From: Escherichia coli
GTDB lineage: Bacteria > Pseudomonadota > Gammaproteobacteria > Enterobacterales > Enterobacteriaceae
Length of the DNA: 64,000 nt
NCBI GenBank assembly: GCA_902499925.1
Contig: GCA_902499925.1_4130.1
Reading direction: 5' to 3' (one strand)
A program made the translations under genes and the position numbers. The notes beneath the pieces are model-generated. The model ran no database searches and was not told where the DNA came from. It saw only the letters and a program-made list of their open reading frames with translations. Shown here in pieces: positions 53,923-63,287 of the stretch. Each line of letters starts with the position of its first letter. Within the stretch, counting starts at the first letter, position 1.

Positions 53923-54465
53923 TTAATCCTCTATCCATGTTTGATTGTATAAAATACGACGTATTGTTTTTTTACATACACGGTATTTATTACAATTTTC
54001 TCGTGCATATTCTATCACATCATTATAATTATCATTATAATCTTTTCTTATTTCTCTTACAATTTCCCATGTCAACACAGCAGCACCACGATTAGTTGTT
54101 GCGTTACCATGTGAATAAGAATATAGTACGTTTTCAGATGCTGTGTTCCATTCCAAATTCAAATAGTGATTGTTACTTCTATTACAATCTTTATGGTTTA
54201 TGTGAACAACTTTTTTCTTTGTTCTACTCGCCCACTGTAACTGTTTCTGTTTGGGTGGTGGTAAAAATGCTTCAGCTACTAGTCGATGAATCGCCTTTCT
54301 ATTTTTCACAGAATTGCGATACAAATCGACCTTCACATACCCATCTTTATTTTTAAATCCACAACTTATATATCCAGTTTGTTCGTTTCTTACTCTTCCA
54401 TGATCAGAAATTGAATAGTCATAATCAGGAATTAATTTCCAACGTTCCATGTTTATTTCTTCCAT
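53923..54465 (-). CDS. HNH homing endonuclease (180 aa)
   Basis: WKLIPDYDYSISDHGRVRN then HRLVAEAF and VHINHKDCNRSNNHYLNLEWNTASEN, the HNH_3 family pattern; start may be Met6. Confidence 0.8.
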   Translation of the reverse strand: MEEINMERWKLIPDYDYSISDHGRVRNEQTGYISCGFKNKDGYVKVDLYRNSVKNRKAIHRLVAEAFLPPPKQKQLQWASRTKKKVVHINHKDCNRSNNHYLNLEWNTASENVLYSYSHGNATTNRGAAVLTWEIVREIRKDYNDNYNDVIEYARENCNKYRVCKKTIRRILYNQTWIED

Positions 54466-54498
54466 TATATATAAAGGTTGACCGAAGTCAACCCTATT
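54465..54498 (-). promoter_or_regulatory. terminator-promoter cassette
   Basis: GGGTTGAC-ttcg-GTCAACC, T-run, TATATAAT. Confidence 0.5.
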
Positions 54499-54515
54499 TT
54501 CACTGTACTATACCA

Positions 54516-54812
54516 TTAGTAGTTACAGTCAGCTTTCGCTGTGAATGTTTTACTTTCTCCGCGTTGTGTGGTGATTCGTCCGAGTAAAGTAGTTTTGTCA
54601 ATAGTCATTGTAGTTAGTACTGGAACATTACCTTCAAAGTCAATAGCTTTGAAATTGTAGGTGGTTTCATTCTCCACTACACTTGGACCAAAGAGTTCAT
54701 ATGTGTTGATTTCAAGTGTGTCACCATCCGAACGCATCAGTGTACAGTCCAGATTAGGAGTAGCCAGTACAGGGAAAGCCAAACACATCATCATTGCAAT
54801 AATTAATTTCAT
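54516..54812 (-). CDS. secreted small protein (98 aa)
   Basis: Signal peptide MKLIIAMMMCLAFPVLA; RBS AGGAGAAGTGAA. Confidence 0.6.
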   Translation of the reverse strand: MKLIIAMMMCLAFPVLATPNLDCTLMRSDGDTLEINTYELFGPSVVENETTYNFKAIDFEGNVPVLTTMTIDKTTLLGRITTQRGESKTFTAKADCNY

Positions 54813-55072
54813 TTCACTTCTCCTGTTTTTTTCTTAGGATCAACCAATGACCAAATGAAGAATCCGAGAATTACAAGTACCCACAGAATCATGATAAAGA
54901 AAGCAAACAGTACAATAGTATTTGTCAAAAAGAAATACAATAGAATGTTCGACCCAATACTACATACAATCAATGCAGCTTCATGTTTAACAACACGAAT
55001 GGCTGTAATGAGTGCGGGAAGAAATCCGACAAATAACAGTACTAACGCATATAGTGATAATGTTTCAGCCAT
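54809..55072 (-). CDS. small membrane protein (87 aa)
   Basis: Two or three hydrophobic helices; RBS AAGGGATATC. Confidence 0.55.
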   Translation of the reverse strand: MAETLSLYALVLLFVGFLPALITAIRVVKHEAALIVCSIGSNILLYFFLTNTIVLFAFFIMILWVLVILGFFIWSLVDPKKKTGEVK

Positions 55073-55080
55073 GATATCCC

Positions 55081-55194
55081 TTATTTGGTTTGTTCAACAC
55101 TAGGTGTATTGATATAGGTGTCAATTGAATAACATACTGTACCAACTACAACAGCAGCGATTAGGGCAGCGATGATGAATTTAGTACCTTGCAT
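55081..55194 (-). CDS. small membrane peptide (37 aa)
   Basis: Untracked ORF MQGTKFIIAALIAAVVVGTVCY...; RBS GAGGTATTAAATT. Confidence 0.35.
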   Translation of the reverse strand: MQGTKFIIAALIAAVVVGTVCYSIDTYINTPSVEQTK

Positions 55195-55241
55195 AATTTA
55201 ATACCTCACGTTGTTTGTATTTTGTATCACTTGATGAAAAT

Positions 55242-55280
55242 ATTATACGACAAAGGGCTGACCGAAGTCAACCCCTTTTA
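55242..55280 (-). promoter_or_regulatory. terminator-promoter cassette
   Basis: GGGGTTGAC-ttcg-GTCAGCCC, T-run, TATAAT. Confidence 0.55.
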
Positions 55281-55281
55281 A

Positions 55282-55665
55282 TTATTTTTTAAACTTATGT
55301 TTTTCGCCTTCAATAGAGTTCACGATGTCATCATGAATCTTGCGAAGGTTATGAGTTTTCTTTAGTGCTTCATGTAGTGCACGGAATGCTGCGTGTACTG
55401 TTGCCTTGAAGTGCTCTTTAGGAGTCACTTTAAGTTTCTCAATGATATCACGTACATAAATTGGATGATCTTCAAATACACGATTCAATTCATGGCCTAG
55501 TGATTCTAGACTGAAAGCTTTTTCACGTGAAGGACGATCATGTGCAAGACTTTGGTCAGGCTTTAGTAGACCTAGTGAATCAAGATACTTATGCTTATGT
55601 GCATTATCAATTCCAGAAATATCCACATCATGCGATGGATCTTTCTTATTCCATTTATCAACCAT
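55282..55665 (-). CDS. hypothetical protein (127 aa); N-terminal motif shared with 52425..53918
   Basis: RBS AAGGAGTATGAA. Confidence 0.6.
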   Translation of the reverse strand: MVDKWNKKDPSHDVDISGIDNAHKHKYLDSLGLLKPDQSLAHDRPSREKAFSLESLGHELNRVFEDHPIYVRDIIEKLKVTPKEHFKATVHAAFRALHEALKKTHNLRKIHDDIVNSIEGEKHKFKK

Positions 55666-55776
55666 TTCATACTCCTTAAAGAGATAAATTACTTTAATAT
55701 TTATACTTCATGTGCTGTTTATTTCTACAGACACTTAAGATTATATCACATATGAAATGGTTGTTCCAAAGTCAAA

Positions 55777-56220
55777 TCAGTACTGCTTAAGTTCTGAACT
55801 GAAGATAAAGGAATCCATATCTTCTAGTGTTAACTTCAAGTCCGGTGTGTACTTTAATATCACACATTCAGGTTTCTTAATGGCAGCTTGATAGGCAGCA
55901 ATTGCCAACTGTTGAAGCTGCTCTGGTGTGTAGTTCATGCGTTCTGCATTGAATACGATGTTCTTAATATCACCACCAGGTAGCTTCTCAAACTCACGCA
56001 TAACAGCAGCCATCACATCATCAGATGTATTCTTATAAGCCCAATGAGGTAGTTGCATAACGTCATAAATCTCGCCATTGTCGTTCATAAGAGAGATCCA
56101 TTTTTTACAGTCCGATGAACTAAACAGACGACCTTTAATAGCAATGTTCTCTACCAAATTAACAAAGGCAAATATGTCTTGCTCATTTAGTTCAATGCTA
56201 TTAACGTTAATCCAACCCAT
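55777..56220 (-). CDS. hypothetical protein (147 aa)
   Basis: RBS GGAGATGAAGT. Confidence 0.6.
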   Translation of the reverse strand: MGWINVNSIELNEQDIFAFVNLVENIAIKGRLFSSSDCKKWISLMNDNGEIYDVMQLPHWAYKNTSDDVMAAVMREFEKLPGGDIKNIVFNAERMNYTPEQLQQLAIAAYQAAIKKPECVILKYTPDLKLTLEDMDSFIFSSELKQY

Positions 56221-56233
56221 ACTTCATCTCCAG

Positions 56234-56806
56234 TTATAAATCACGAACGACATTCATTAAACACAATTTGGGCTTTATCGCATTCAAAACCCATATGCAT
56301 TCTTTGTAAGTTGCTATTATAGCATCTAAATGCTCAGTTACAATGCTTTCTTGAAAATATTCTTCTTCATTGAGCTTTGCTAAATTAGTCACATCACATG
56401 TAGGTACTATAGTTCTGGATTGTACACCCATTCCATTATTGATATTGGTAAAATGTAAAAATTTGTACTTCACCACACCGTTATCTACACTTATGATACA
56501 TGTCAAATGTTCCAACTCAGTTAGTTCGGTATTACAAGTGACATGGATGAATCCAGCATTATAGGCTCTATAATCATCTACTAATATCTCAAAATCATTA
56601 CGTTCAAATATAAGTGAAATGAGTTTGTCTTGTGGTTTAACCTTCTGAAATTTTAACGAATTTACGTATGATACTTTAATCTTAGATGAAATTATCTTTT
56701 TACTAAGTGCAGTTAATTCTTCTTTAGCCTTAAAAGTTAAAGTTATAGGTCTAAATCTAGAACTTTTGTTCTTCTTTGATACTTTGAACTTACCTTTTCT
56801 ATTCAT
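56234..56806 (-). CDS. hypothetical protein (190 aa)
   Basis: Minus ORF; basic N-terminus. Confidence 0.55.
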   Translation of the reverse strand: MNRKGKFKVSKKNKSSRFRPITLTFKAKEELTALSKKIISSKIKVSYVNSLKFQKVKPQDKLISLIFERNDFEILVDDYRAYNAGFIHVTCNTELTELEHLTCIISVDNGVVKYKFLHFTNINNGMGVQSRTIVPTCDVTNLAKLNEEEYFQESIVTEHLDAIIATYKECIWVLNAIKPKLCLMNVVRDL

Positions 56807-56860
56807 TAATTAAACCCCACATAAAGTAAAAGGGATGGCATATTACCAACCCTATATCTT

Positions 56861-57097
56861 TTATTTTTTAATAGATTCATAAAGCAGAAACAACCAAATA
56901 AACATTGATGAACAAACTACTACTGGGATTAATGTAAATTCAGTAAAGAATAAAAGTATCCCATAAGTTAGTATGCAACATAAGTTTACGTACATAATTG
57001 CTTCTGCATTTTTATTTTTCATTTTATATGCAATGAATGTTGGTGACCACATTACCAAAAATGCAAACAACGCACATATGATGATTATAGTTTCCAT
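56861..57097 (-). CDS. small membrane protein (78 aa)
   Basis: RBS GGAGGTGTAAT. Confidence 0.55.
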   Translation of the reverse strand: METIIIICALFAFLVMWSPTFIAYKMKNKNAEAIMYVNLCCILTYGILLFFTEFTLIPVVVCSSMFIWLFLLYESIKK

Positions 57098-57167
57098 ATT
57101 ACACCTCCGTAAAATAATGTTCTGTACTGCTATTATTTACAGAGAATATCTGAAAAATTGATCTAGA

Positions 57168-57392
57168 TCAATTTTTAGTCACTTTACAATTTGAATCTTT
57201 TTTGTACTGAACAATCACATTGTTCTTAAGGAAGATGATGGTCCCATAGGAACCTTGGGCTGCAACTTCAACAATATGGTTCTTATATGTTTCAGTATAT
57301 CCTTCCATCTCGTTGATACACACTACATGATACTTTGGTTTAGCACATACAACAGTACTCAAGAATAGCAGTACTAGTACTAGATATTTCAT
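57168..57392 (-). CDS. secreted small protein (74 aa)
   Basis: Signal peptide MKYLVLVLLFLSTVVCA; RBS AAGGTAATAAA. Confidence 0.55.
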   Translation of the reverse strand: MKYLVLVLLFLSTVVCAKPKYHVVCINEMEGYTETYKNHIVEVAAQGSYGTIIFLKNNVIVQYKKDSNCKVTKN

Positions 57393-57442
57393 TTTATTAC
57401 CTTATAAACAAGAACAGGAATCCTTTTACGGATTCCTATAAT

Positions 57443-57736
57443 TTAGTCCTTTAATGTACCATTGTGTAAACGATTATACACATCATTGCGACGCAACTCA
57501 ACAATATCTTCAGCGTACTTCATTGTAAACGCCCATGCTTTTGGATGCACATTAAGCTTCATACGAATGCGATTCTTCATCAATTCACCGCTTAGGCGAA
57601 CAAACTCATGAACACCACGACTTCCGTACTCTGAAATCAAATCATTGATGTACATGTTGCGAAGGGTTTCGTCTGTACATTCTTTAACCATTTCTACGTC
57701 TGCCACGATGCTTGCATTTACTGAAGTACTGATCAT
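57443..57736 (-). CDS. hypothetical protein (97 aa)
   Basis: RBS AAGGTAACTTAAA. Confidence 0.6.
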   Translation of the reverse strand: MISTSVNASIVADVEMVKECTDETLRNMYINDLISEYGSRGVHEFVRLSGELMKNRIRMKLNVHPKAWAFTMKYAEDIVELRRNDVYNRLHNGTLKD

Positions 57737-57747
57737 TTTAAGTTACC

Positions 57748-58014
57748 TTATTTGAATTGGACTGTAATTTTATCACCTTCAACTACGAACTTACAGTCGT
57801 AGCGACGGGCCATATCCATGTACATATGCTCAGAATACCACGGAACATCAATCTCAGGATGCTCTGCGTATTGTAGCACTTCACGGTCACCAACAGTAGT
57901 GATGACAAAAGGAATGTTCATCTCTCGCAAAAACAACTCAGCACCTGGTGAACGATTGACAAACTCAGTGTCGTTACGCAAAGTAAAACCATTGTATTGT
58001 AATTTAAGCTTCAT
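57748..58014 (-). CDS. hypothetical protein (88 aa)
   Basis: RBS AGAGGATAATC. Confidence 0.6.
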   Translation of the reverse strand: MKLKLQYNGFTLRNDTEFVNRSPGAELFLREMNIPFVITTVGDREVLQYAEHPEIDVPWYSEHMYMDMARRYDCKFVVEGDKITVQFK

Positions 58015-58028
58015 GATTATCCTCTAAG

Positions 58029-58373
58029 TTAATACCATTCTTTTAAACCATCAAGTTCGGCTATGTGAGTAATTATAACACAGATAACACTCAGGTCAAG
58101 CATTATTTGCTCATAATTTAATTTTATTCTATCATCATTGTATGCTCGAAAAACAACATCAAAGTCAAAGTAGTTATCGTTTTCATCATTCATTGGAATG
58201 ATTCTATATCTACGTCTACCATCATCATTGAATACAGTCAAACACTGTTTGAATTTCTTCATTAACTGTGTAGTCAATGCATTGTAATATGCAACATCAT
58301 ATTGTGTACAACGTGGGTCATTGGGTAGATAAAACGATACAAATTTTTTTAATTCTATTTGAGTCTTATCCAT
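58029..58373 (-). CDS. hypothetical protein (114 aa)
   Basis: Track ORF trimmed to Met5 (RBS GAGG within upstream gene end). Confidence 0.55.
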   Translation of the reverse strand: MDKTQIELKKFVSFYLPNDPRCTQYDVAYYNALTTQLMKKFKQCLTVFNDDGRRRYRIIPMNDENDNYFDFDVVFRAYNDDRIKLNYEQIMLDLSVICVIITHIAELDGLKEWY

Positions 58374-58806
58374 ATACAGCCTCATGTATTACTCTTTTAC
58401 TTTGGCGGTACTCATCCTTTGCTTCTCTCACTGACATGATACGAACCAGATTGGCACGACCACAATAGTACTGAACCTGACTACGACCAATGTCAACATG
58501 ATTATCAGGAACTTCATATACTGATACAGCGAACCCTGCACGATGTAATTTACCCAAGTCCATAGTAAAGAACTTAAACAAATCATTCAAACTCTGACAG
58601 CCAAATGCCCAGCCACGTTTGATTGAATAGATTCCATCTTCAGTTGGTTCTGGTTGGAATTGCGAAGGCGTGGTCATGCACAAACGGTCAAATCCATTTT
58701 TAGTACTGTATCGTGAAGAGTACCGTGCGAACGGCCCTACTGTTTTTGCTGGATCTAAGTTAGGTTCAATATAACTGAATTTAAGTTCAAAACGATATAC
58801 GTACAT
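58366..58806 (-). CDS. hypothetical protein (146 aa)
   Basis: RBS GGGGATTTTAATT; cassette upstream. Confidence 0.6.
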   Translation of the reverse strand: MYVYRFELKFSYIEPNLDPAKTVGPFARYSSRYSTKNGFDRLCMTTPSQFQPEPTEDGIYSIKRGWAFGCQSLNDLFKFFTMDLGKLHRAGFAVSVYEVPDNHVDIGRSQVQYYCGRANLVRIMSVREAKDEYRQSKRVIHEAVYG

Positions 58807-58835
58807 AATTAAAATCCCCAGTAGTTGATGAAATA

Positions 58836-58872
58836 ATTATAACAAAAAAGGTTGACCGAAGTCAACCTTTAT
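58836..58872 (-). promoter_or_regulatory. terminator-promoter cassette
   Basis: Perfect hairpin AGGTTGAC-ttcg-GTCAACCT, T-run, TGtTATAAT. Confidence 0.55.
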
Positions 58873-59053
58873 TTTGAAGTTCTTGAACTAATTGTCGTAC
58901 TTCTTTGATGTTACGACACTGCTTTACAGTGAAGTAATCATACTTACGACCATAGGTTCTTGGGTCATCACCTTCCATATACTGCTGCACATCAAAGATT
59001 TGTAAGTAGGGATGCTGCATAACACGAATGTTATCACATTGATAAATCAACAT
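58862..59053 (-). CDS. hypothetical protein (63 aa)
   Basis: Track start is GTG; trimmed to Met11 with RBS GAGGACTAAACAT. Confidence 0.45.
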   Translation of the reverse strand: MLIYQCDNIRVMQHPYLQIFDVQQYMEGDDPRTYGRKYDYFTVKQCRNIKEVRQLVQELQNKG

Positions 59054-59057
59054 ATGT

Positions 59058-59408
59058 TTAGTCCTCATATTTACACAAGCCACCGAATGTTGCCTGTTTT
59101 GCTGCCTTACGCATCATCACAAGTTTAACATACTGTTCGCCATTACTATCTTCATATACATCAACTTGAAGAAATGCAAGCATATTGGGATCAGTATCGT
59201 TCGAGTACTGCGTAAAACTAATGTCACCTACGGTATGTTCTTTAACAAAATTATACACTTCACCGTCGATATAAACGATAGTATGGTCATCGCTATCACC
59301 TTGGTAAATGTGTTTAATATCACCTTCAGTACAGACTAGTCCAGGTAATGGTTCTGCATAAGACATACCACATATAATCATACAAACAAAAAACAAAATT
59401 ACTTTCAT
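59058..59408 (-). CDS. secreted protein (116 aa)
   Basis: Signal peptide MKVILFFVCMIICGMSYA; RBS AAAGGAAACAAATC. Confidence 0.6.
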   Translation of the reverse strand: MKVILFFVCMIICGMSYAEPLPGLVCTEGDIKHIYQGDSDDHTIVYIDGEVYNFVKEHTVGDISFTQYSNDTDPNMLAFLQVDVYEDSNGEQYVKLVMMRKAAKQATFGGLCKYED

Positions 59409-59788
59409 GATTTGTTTCCTTTGGATAAAATGGATTTCTTCACTTTGTACTGCTTGTAGTTATTATACCAAACATCGATTACATAAATCAAGTACCAAAG
59501 TGATGGATATAATGATAGACCAATAAAAACTGAAAAAATACTTGTATTAATAAAACCAATACAGTGCAGTGTAAATGCAACGATTAGAATACCAATCGTA
59601 ATCATACTAGCTGAATATGGTACACTATCAGATGCGAACCATGAATCAACCTTACTAATTAAAGTATACTTTCCAGTACTAACCGCATAAACAATTGCTA
59701 CTATACCAAATAATGCCATTGAAATAGTTATTACTGAGTTAATAAGAATCGGAGTAATTAATACATAAAGCATTACATCGTTTATCAT
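59405..59788 (-). CDS. membrane protein (127 aa)
   Basis: Several hydrophobic segments; RBS AAGGTATAACAA. Confidence 0.6.
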   Translation of the reverse strand: MINDVMLYVLITPILINSVITISMALFGIVAIVYAVSTGKYTLISKVDSWFASDSVPYSASMITIGILIVAFTLHCIGFINTSIFSVFIGLSLYPSLWYLIYVIDVWYNNYKQYKVKKSILSKGNKS

Positions 59789-59798
59789 TTGTTATACC

Positions 59799-60164
59799 TT
59801 AAAGTTCACAATGAATATTCAATTTATCAATATCCTGATCGCGTTTGTTCGACGAATCTTGATAAATGACTATGTAAATATCCCCATCCTTTGTCTTGGG
59901 GTCCACTATCAATATTACATTTGCTATTATACCAGCATCTGATTTATATGTCGATACCTTTTTATTCCCAATCAAACTCTCGGCCCTGAAACGGTAAACC
60001 TCATTATCTACGACAATATTGTTTCCATTTTGTGGGTCATTAGAAAGTACATGCCATGTTCCATCGTTTCCCATACAATCAAGGTAAGCAGGTACGGCTG
60101 TACTGAACCTTGAATAAAGCATGAATACTACAAACACCATTATCATTCTTATATATTTTTTCAT
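59799..60164 (-). CDS. secreted protein (121 aa)
   Basis: Trimmed to Met11; signal peptide MKKYIRMIMVFVVFMLYSRFSTA; RBS AGAGGTTATA. Confidence 0.55.
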   Translation of the reverse strand: MKKYIRMIMVFVVFMLYSRFSTAVPAYLDCMGNDGTWHVLSNDPQNGNNIVVDNEVYRFRAESLIGNKKVSTYKSDAGIIANVILIVDPKTKDGDIYIVIYQDSSNKRDQDIDKLNIHCEL

Positions 60165-60242
60165 TATAACCTCTAACGAGCAATACTTCTGCACATATTA
60201 TTTGTACAGAAGTATTTAATACTATTAGAGACTTTTTGAACG

Positions 60243-60569
60243 TTACTTCTTACTAGTTAGTTTATCTTTCAAGATATCAAACCAAATGGAAACTTTACCA
60301 GCAAACAATGCATTAGTAAACCACACAATACCAACAATGTTCTCAACTAAATTCATAATTGAAACAAATGGTCCAATTGGTAATACAAAACTTACTAACC
60401 ATGACAGTACTGAAATAAGTACTACAACGAAGAAGATTCGTACAATGGGTGAGTCTAACATAAACAACTCACGAAACTCATCACGCTCGGTTTCGTCTTT
60501 AATGAAGAATTCGAAAACCATAACCCATAACAGAATTAGAGCAGGAATTGAAATTAGAACTGATAACAT
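60243..60569 (-). CDS. membrane protein (108 aa)
   Basis: RBS GAGGATATAAAAC. Confidence 0.6.
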   Translation of the reverse strand: MLSVLISIPALILLWVMVFEFFIKDETERDEFRELFMLDSPIVRIFFVVVLISVLSWLVSFVLPIGPFVSIMNLVENIVGIVWFTNALFAGKVSIWFDILKDKLTSKK

Positions 60570-60627
60570 GTTTTATATCCTCAAGTTTAAGTGTTAAGTT
60601 TCAGACTACAAGAACCATTATACAGTA

Positions 60628-60870
60628 CTACAAACGTTTGTCAACAGGTTTTTCTTCAATAAGCATAAGATAACTGAAGACGAATAGTAATACAGATGCC
60701 ATATCAATAACCGTAAAGCTCACGGGAATGATAATAGACACTAGAACGAGTGCCACGTTTAGCAAGAATACAGTAGTGATATCCACCAGCTTTCGTTTAG
60801 TGGCTACTGCTACTAGTGTAGGGTAGAACATAAACAATAATGCAACTACAAAACTCAATACTAGATACAT
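60628..60870 (-). CDS. small membrane protein (80 aa)
   Basis: RBS AAGGTGAAAAAGAA. Confidence 0.55.
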   Translation of the reverse strand: MYLVLSFVVALLFMFYPTLVAVATKRKLVDITTVFLLNVALVLVSIIIPVSFTVIDMASVLLFVFSYLMLIEEKPVDKRL

Positions 60871-61523
60871 TTCTTTTTCACCTTAAGAAAATTATAACAT
60901 AAAACAACCTCAACATCTGGCTCATCATACAAGTACTCAAAGCGTTCTTTACTACGCTTAGTACCGATGTACTCACCATTCTTATGCCAACGCCACCCAC
61001 CACTCTCTGGTTGGTCAGACTTCAGTACTGGATGATAGCACATGACAATTTCTTCTGTACCTTCAATAAGGTTCTTGTACTTCGTCAAAATCTGTTCAAG
61101 CGTATCTGCTACACCATAAGACGAGTGCATAAGATAAGACTCAGGGCGTGGACGACCACTTGGTAGAATGTCATCCGTACTATTAAAGATAGCACGGAAG
61201 TCTTCTGACGTGTATAAACTTCCATCTTCATGGATCATGGGGTACTCATCTACTACATCATAATCAGTGAAGTGTTCAATCGCATGTCCTGGTCTGTAAC
61301 CTGCGAGGATACCTGTATGTTTCGTCTGTACAATAGTCATAACAGATGTACTATTGTTTACATTAGGATCATGAATTTCAGCCCAAAAAGGATGATGAGG
61401 ATCAAATGTAGCATTAACTAAAGTACAATCACCAATGTAGTCGAAATTAGTTTCTTTAAAGTTCAAAGAAACACCACGCAATGCCCAATCAGGAGAAGTG
61501 ATGAAATTAAGATTAACTAACAT
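60861..61523 (-). CDS. hypothetical protein (220 aa)
   Basis: RBS GAGGATACT; His-rich stretches FDPHHPFW, GHAIEH. Confidence 0.6.
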   Translation of the reverse strand: MLVNLNFITSPDWALRGVSLNFKETNFDYIGDCTLVNATFDPHHPFWAEIHDPNVNNSTSVMTIVQTKHTGILAGYRPGHAIEHFTDYDVVDEYPMIHEDGSLYTSEDFRAIFNSTDDILPSGRPRPESYLMHSSYGVADTLEQILTKYKNLIEGTEEIVMCYHPVLKSDQPESGGWRWHKNGEYIGTKRSKERFEYLYDEPDVEVVLCYNFLKVKKKCI

Positions 61524-61559
61524 AGTATCCTCAGTTGCAGTTGTTTTTTGATGTAGTTA

Positions 61560-61772
61560 TTATATCAGAGACGTGTCAATTTGTACAACATTTATTGTAA
61601 CTATTTCGTACATAAAATCAATGGCATTGAACTCTGCATACCACTCTACAATCTCACAAGCAGCATCAACTTGGTTTTTCGCATTAACACGTCTGGCATA
61701 GGTGCTGCTCATTTTGAATCTACCATATTCATAGACATTGTAGACACCATGACACCACCACATCTTAGTCAT
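61560..61772 (-). CDS. hypothetical protein (70 aa), start uncertain
   Basis: Track ORF 61560..61880 overlaps 61765..61983; trimmed to Met38. Confidence 0.35.
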   Translation of the reverse strand: MTKMWWCHGVYNVYEYGRFKMSSTYARRVNAKNQVDAACEIVEWYAEFNAIDFMYEIVTINVVQIDTSLI

Positions 61773-61983
61773 TAATGCTAGGCCATACAGTGAATTGTAA
61801 GTCTTGGTATTCAAATTTACCAATATCATTCTTCTTACGGAATGATTCTTCAACCTGAATTTCTGCGTCGTACTGACCATCGGCCTTTACTACGTACTTA
61901 AAATATTCTACATGTGAAAAACGATACCCTTCTCCGTCTTGCTTGGATACTTGTACTGACCCTTCAACTAGATATAAATTCAT
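61765..61983 (-). CDS. hypothetical protein (72 aa)
   Basis: RBS GGAGAATGACAA. Confidence 0.55.
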   Translation of the reverse strand: MNLYLVEGSVQVSKQDGEGYRFSHVEYFKYVVKADGQYDAEIQVEESFRKKNDIGKFEYQDLQFTVWPSIND

Positions 61984-61986
61984 TTG

Positions 61987-62208
61987 TCATTCTCCATCAT
62001 ATTCAGTGAGTATTACACTATGTACGGTTTCAATATAGCGTTGTGTTTTTGGTGTGTTGTACTTAGTTACTTCATCAAACAATTTAAATAGTGCATGTGT
62101 TGGACTTAATGCACGAACAAATACATCAATCTTCTGTACTTCTTTCTTATAACCACGTACATTATTAAACTCAGATACATGCTCATACACAATGTAGTAA
62201 CGATTCAT
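61987..62208 (-). CDS. hypothetical protein (73 aa)
   Basis: Start overlaps stop of 62205..62720. Confidence 0.5.
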   Translation of the reverse strand: MNRYYIVYEHVSEFNNVRGYKKEVQKIDVFVRALSPTHALFKLFDEVTKYNTPKTQRYIETVHSVILTEYDGE

Positions 62209-62720
62209 ATATTAAGTAGTTCCATAAATTCATCGATCAAGGAAGTTCTAATGCACATAACAAATTCAAAATCAACATCGATAGTATCGAGTAGTTTGAA
62301 CAACTTTGGTACATTTGGGTCATTCAACTGGAAGTTATGAATCAAGCTCTGTTGAAACACACTTTCTTCAGTACTGTAATCAATAACAAAATATTCAGCT
62401 ACACCTGGTGGTGAATAAACATCATATAATATCTGACGTTTATTGTGTGTTTCTGAACCAGGACAATATATAAGTTCTATTTCATACGAACCTGCCGAGG
62501 ATCTATCATAAAACACAATTTCAGTACTGATTATTTCACTACCATCACTTCGTTCATGAAAACATACATCGGCATATCGTTTACCATTGGGCTTCAAAAT
62601 CTCATGAGTTGTTTTACCATAACATTTATCAGTTTCAATGTGAATTTTGTCTTGATATTCAGAACGTCTTACATCATTTCCACGATTAAACAATAAGATC
62701 AACAACTCATTAATATCCAT
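62205..62720 (-). CDS. hypothetical protein (171 aa)
   Basis: RBS GAGGCGAAATA. Confidence 0.6.
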   Translation of the reverse strand: MDINELLILLFNRGNDVRRSEYQDKIHIETDKCYGKTTHEILKPNGKRYADVCFHERSDGSEIISTEIVFYDRSSAGSYEIELIYCPGSETHNKRQILYDVYSPPGVAEYFVIDYSTEESVFQQSLIHNFQLNDPNVPKLFKLLDTIDVDFEFVMCIRTSLIDEFMELLNI

Positions 62721-62920
62721 TATTTCGCCTCGATAACCTTAAGGTTAACAAAATCACCTTTTACTTTCATGCATTTGAATTCAGTGCGAGTTTCATCCCC
62801 ACTATCGCGAGGCCAATGAGTAGCAGAGTAGCACTGGTCAGGCGTTTTATATACACCTTCACCAATAGTACGAGTGATCTCACCATTGGTGAGAACTACT
62901 GCGAGATATAAAGTAAGCAT
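62720..62920 (-). CDS. hypothetical protein (66 aa)
   Basis: RBS AGGAATTCCC. Confidence 0.5.
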   Translation of the reverse strand: MLTLYLAVVLTNGEITRTIGEGVYKTPDQCYSATHWPRDSGDETRTEFKCMKVKGDFVNLKVIEAK

Positions 62921-62928
62921 GGGAATTC

Positions 62929-63075
62929 CTATAAAAATTTATTAATAATAATAGCACCCAAACCAAGTACTGCAATAATTGAAGATACCCACATTACCGC
63001 ATTCACTGCACCAGTAAGTTCTTTATCAAACTCCCTGCACTTCTTGCGGTAATCTTCCCACTCTTTGTTATTCAC
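62929..63075 (-). CDS. small membrane-anchored protein (48 aa), GTG start
   Basis: Untracked ORF with AGGAG 7 nt before GTG; C-terminal hydrophobic helix. Confidence 0.3.
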   Translation of the reverse strand: MNNKEWEDYRKKCREFDKELTGAVNAVMWVSSIIAVLGLGAIIINKFL

Positions 63076-63287
63076 ACTGCCACTCCTAATAGGTCGGTAG
63101 CTTTCTTCAGTACTACGTCAATTGTTTCCAGTACTGCACCTTTGTGTTCAATTGATACAATATTATTATAAGTATCAAGGTCCAAGTACTCCATATATTC
63201 AGTTTTGAATACACGAACATCAGTACTAGTGATTTTAATATCACAACCTTTATCCCAAATAACCTGCATCATTTCATTGGTAGTCAT
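63072..63287 (-). CDS. hypothetical protein (71 aa)
   Basis: RBS AAGGTTGAATA. Confidence 0.55.
   Translation of the reverse strand: MTTNEMMQVIWDKGCDIKITSTDVRVFKTEYMEYLDLDTYNNIVSIEHKGAVLETIDVVLKKATDLLGVAV

Noticed and set aside
60861-61523. ADP-ribosyltransferase (Mod/Alt-like) call for the 220-aa protein
   Set aside because: S-T-S and E-x-E-like strings exist, but not in the canonical R...STS...ExE order or spacing; left as hypothetical
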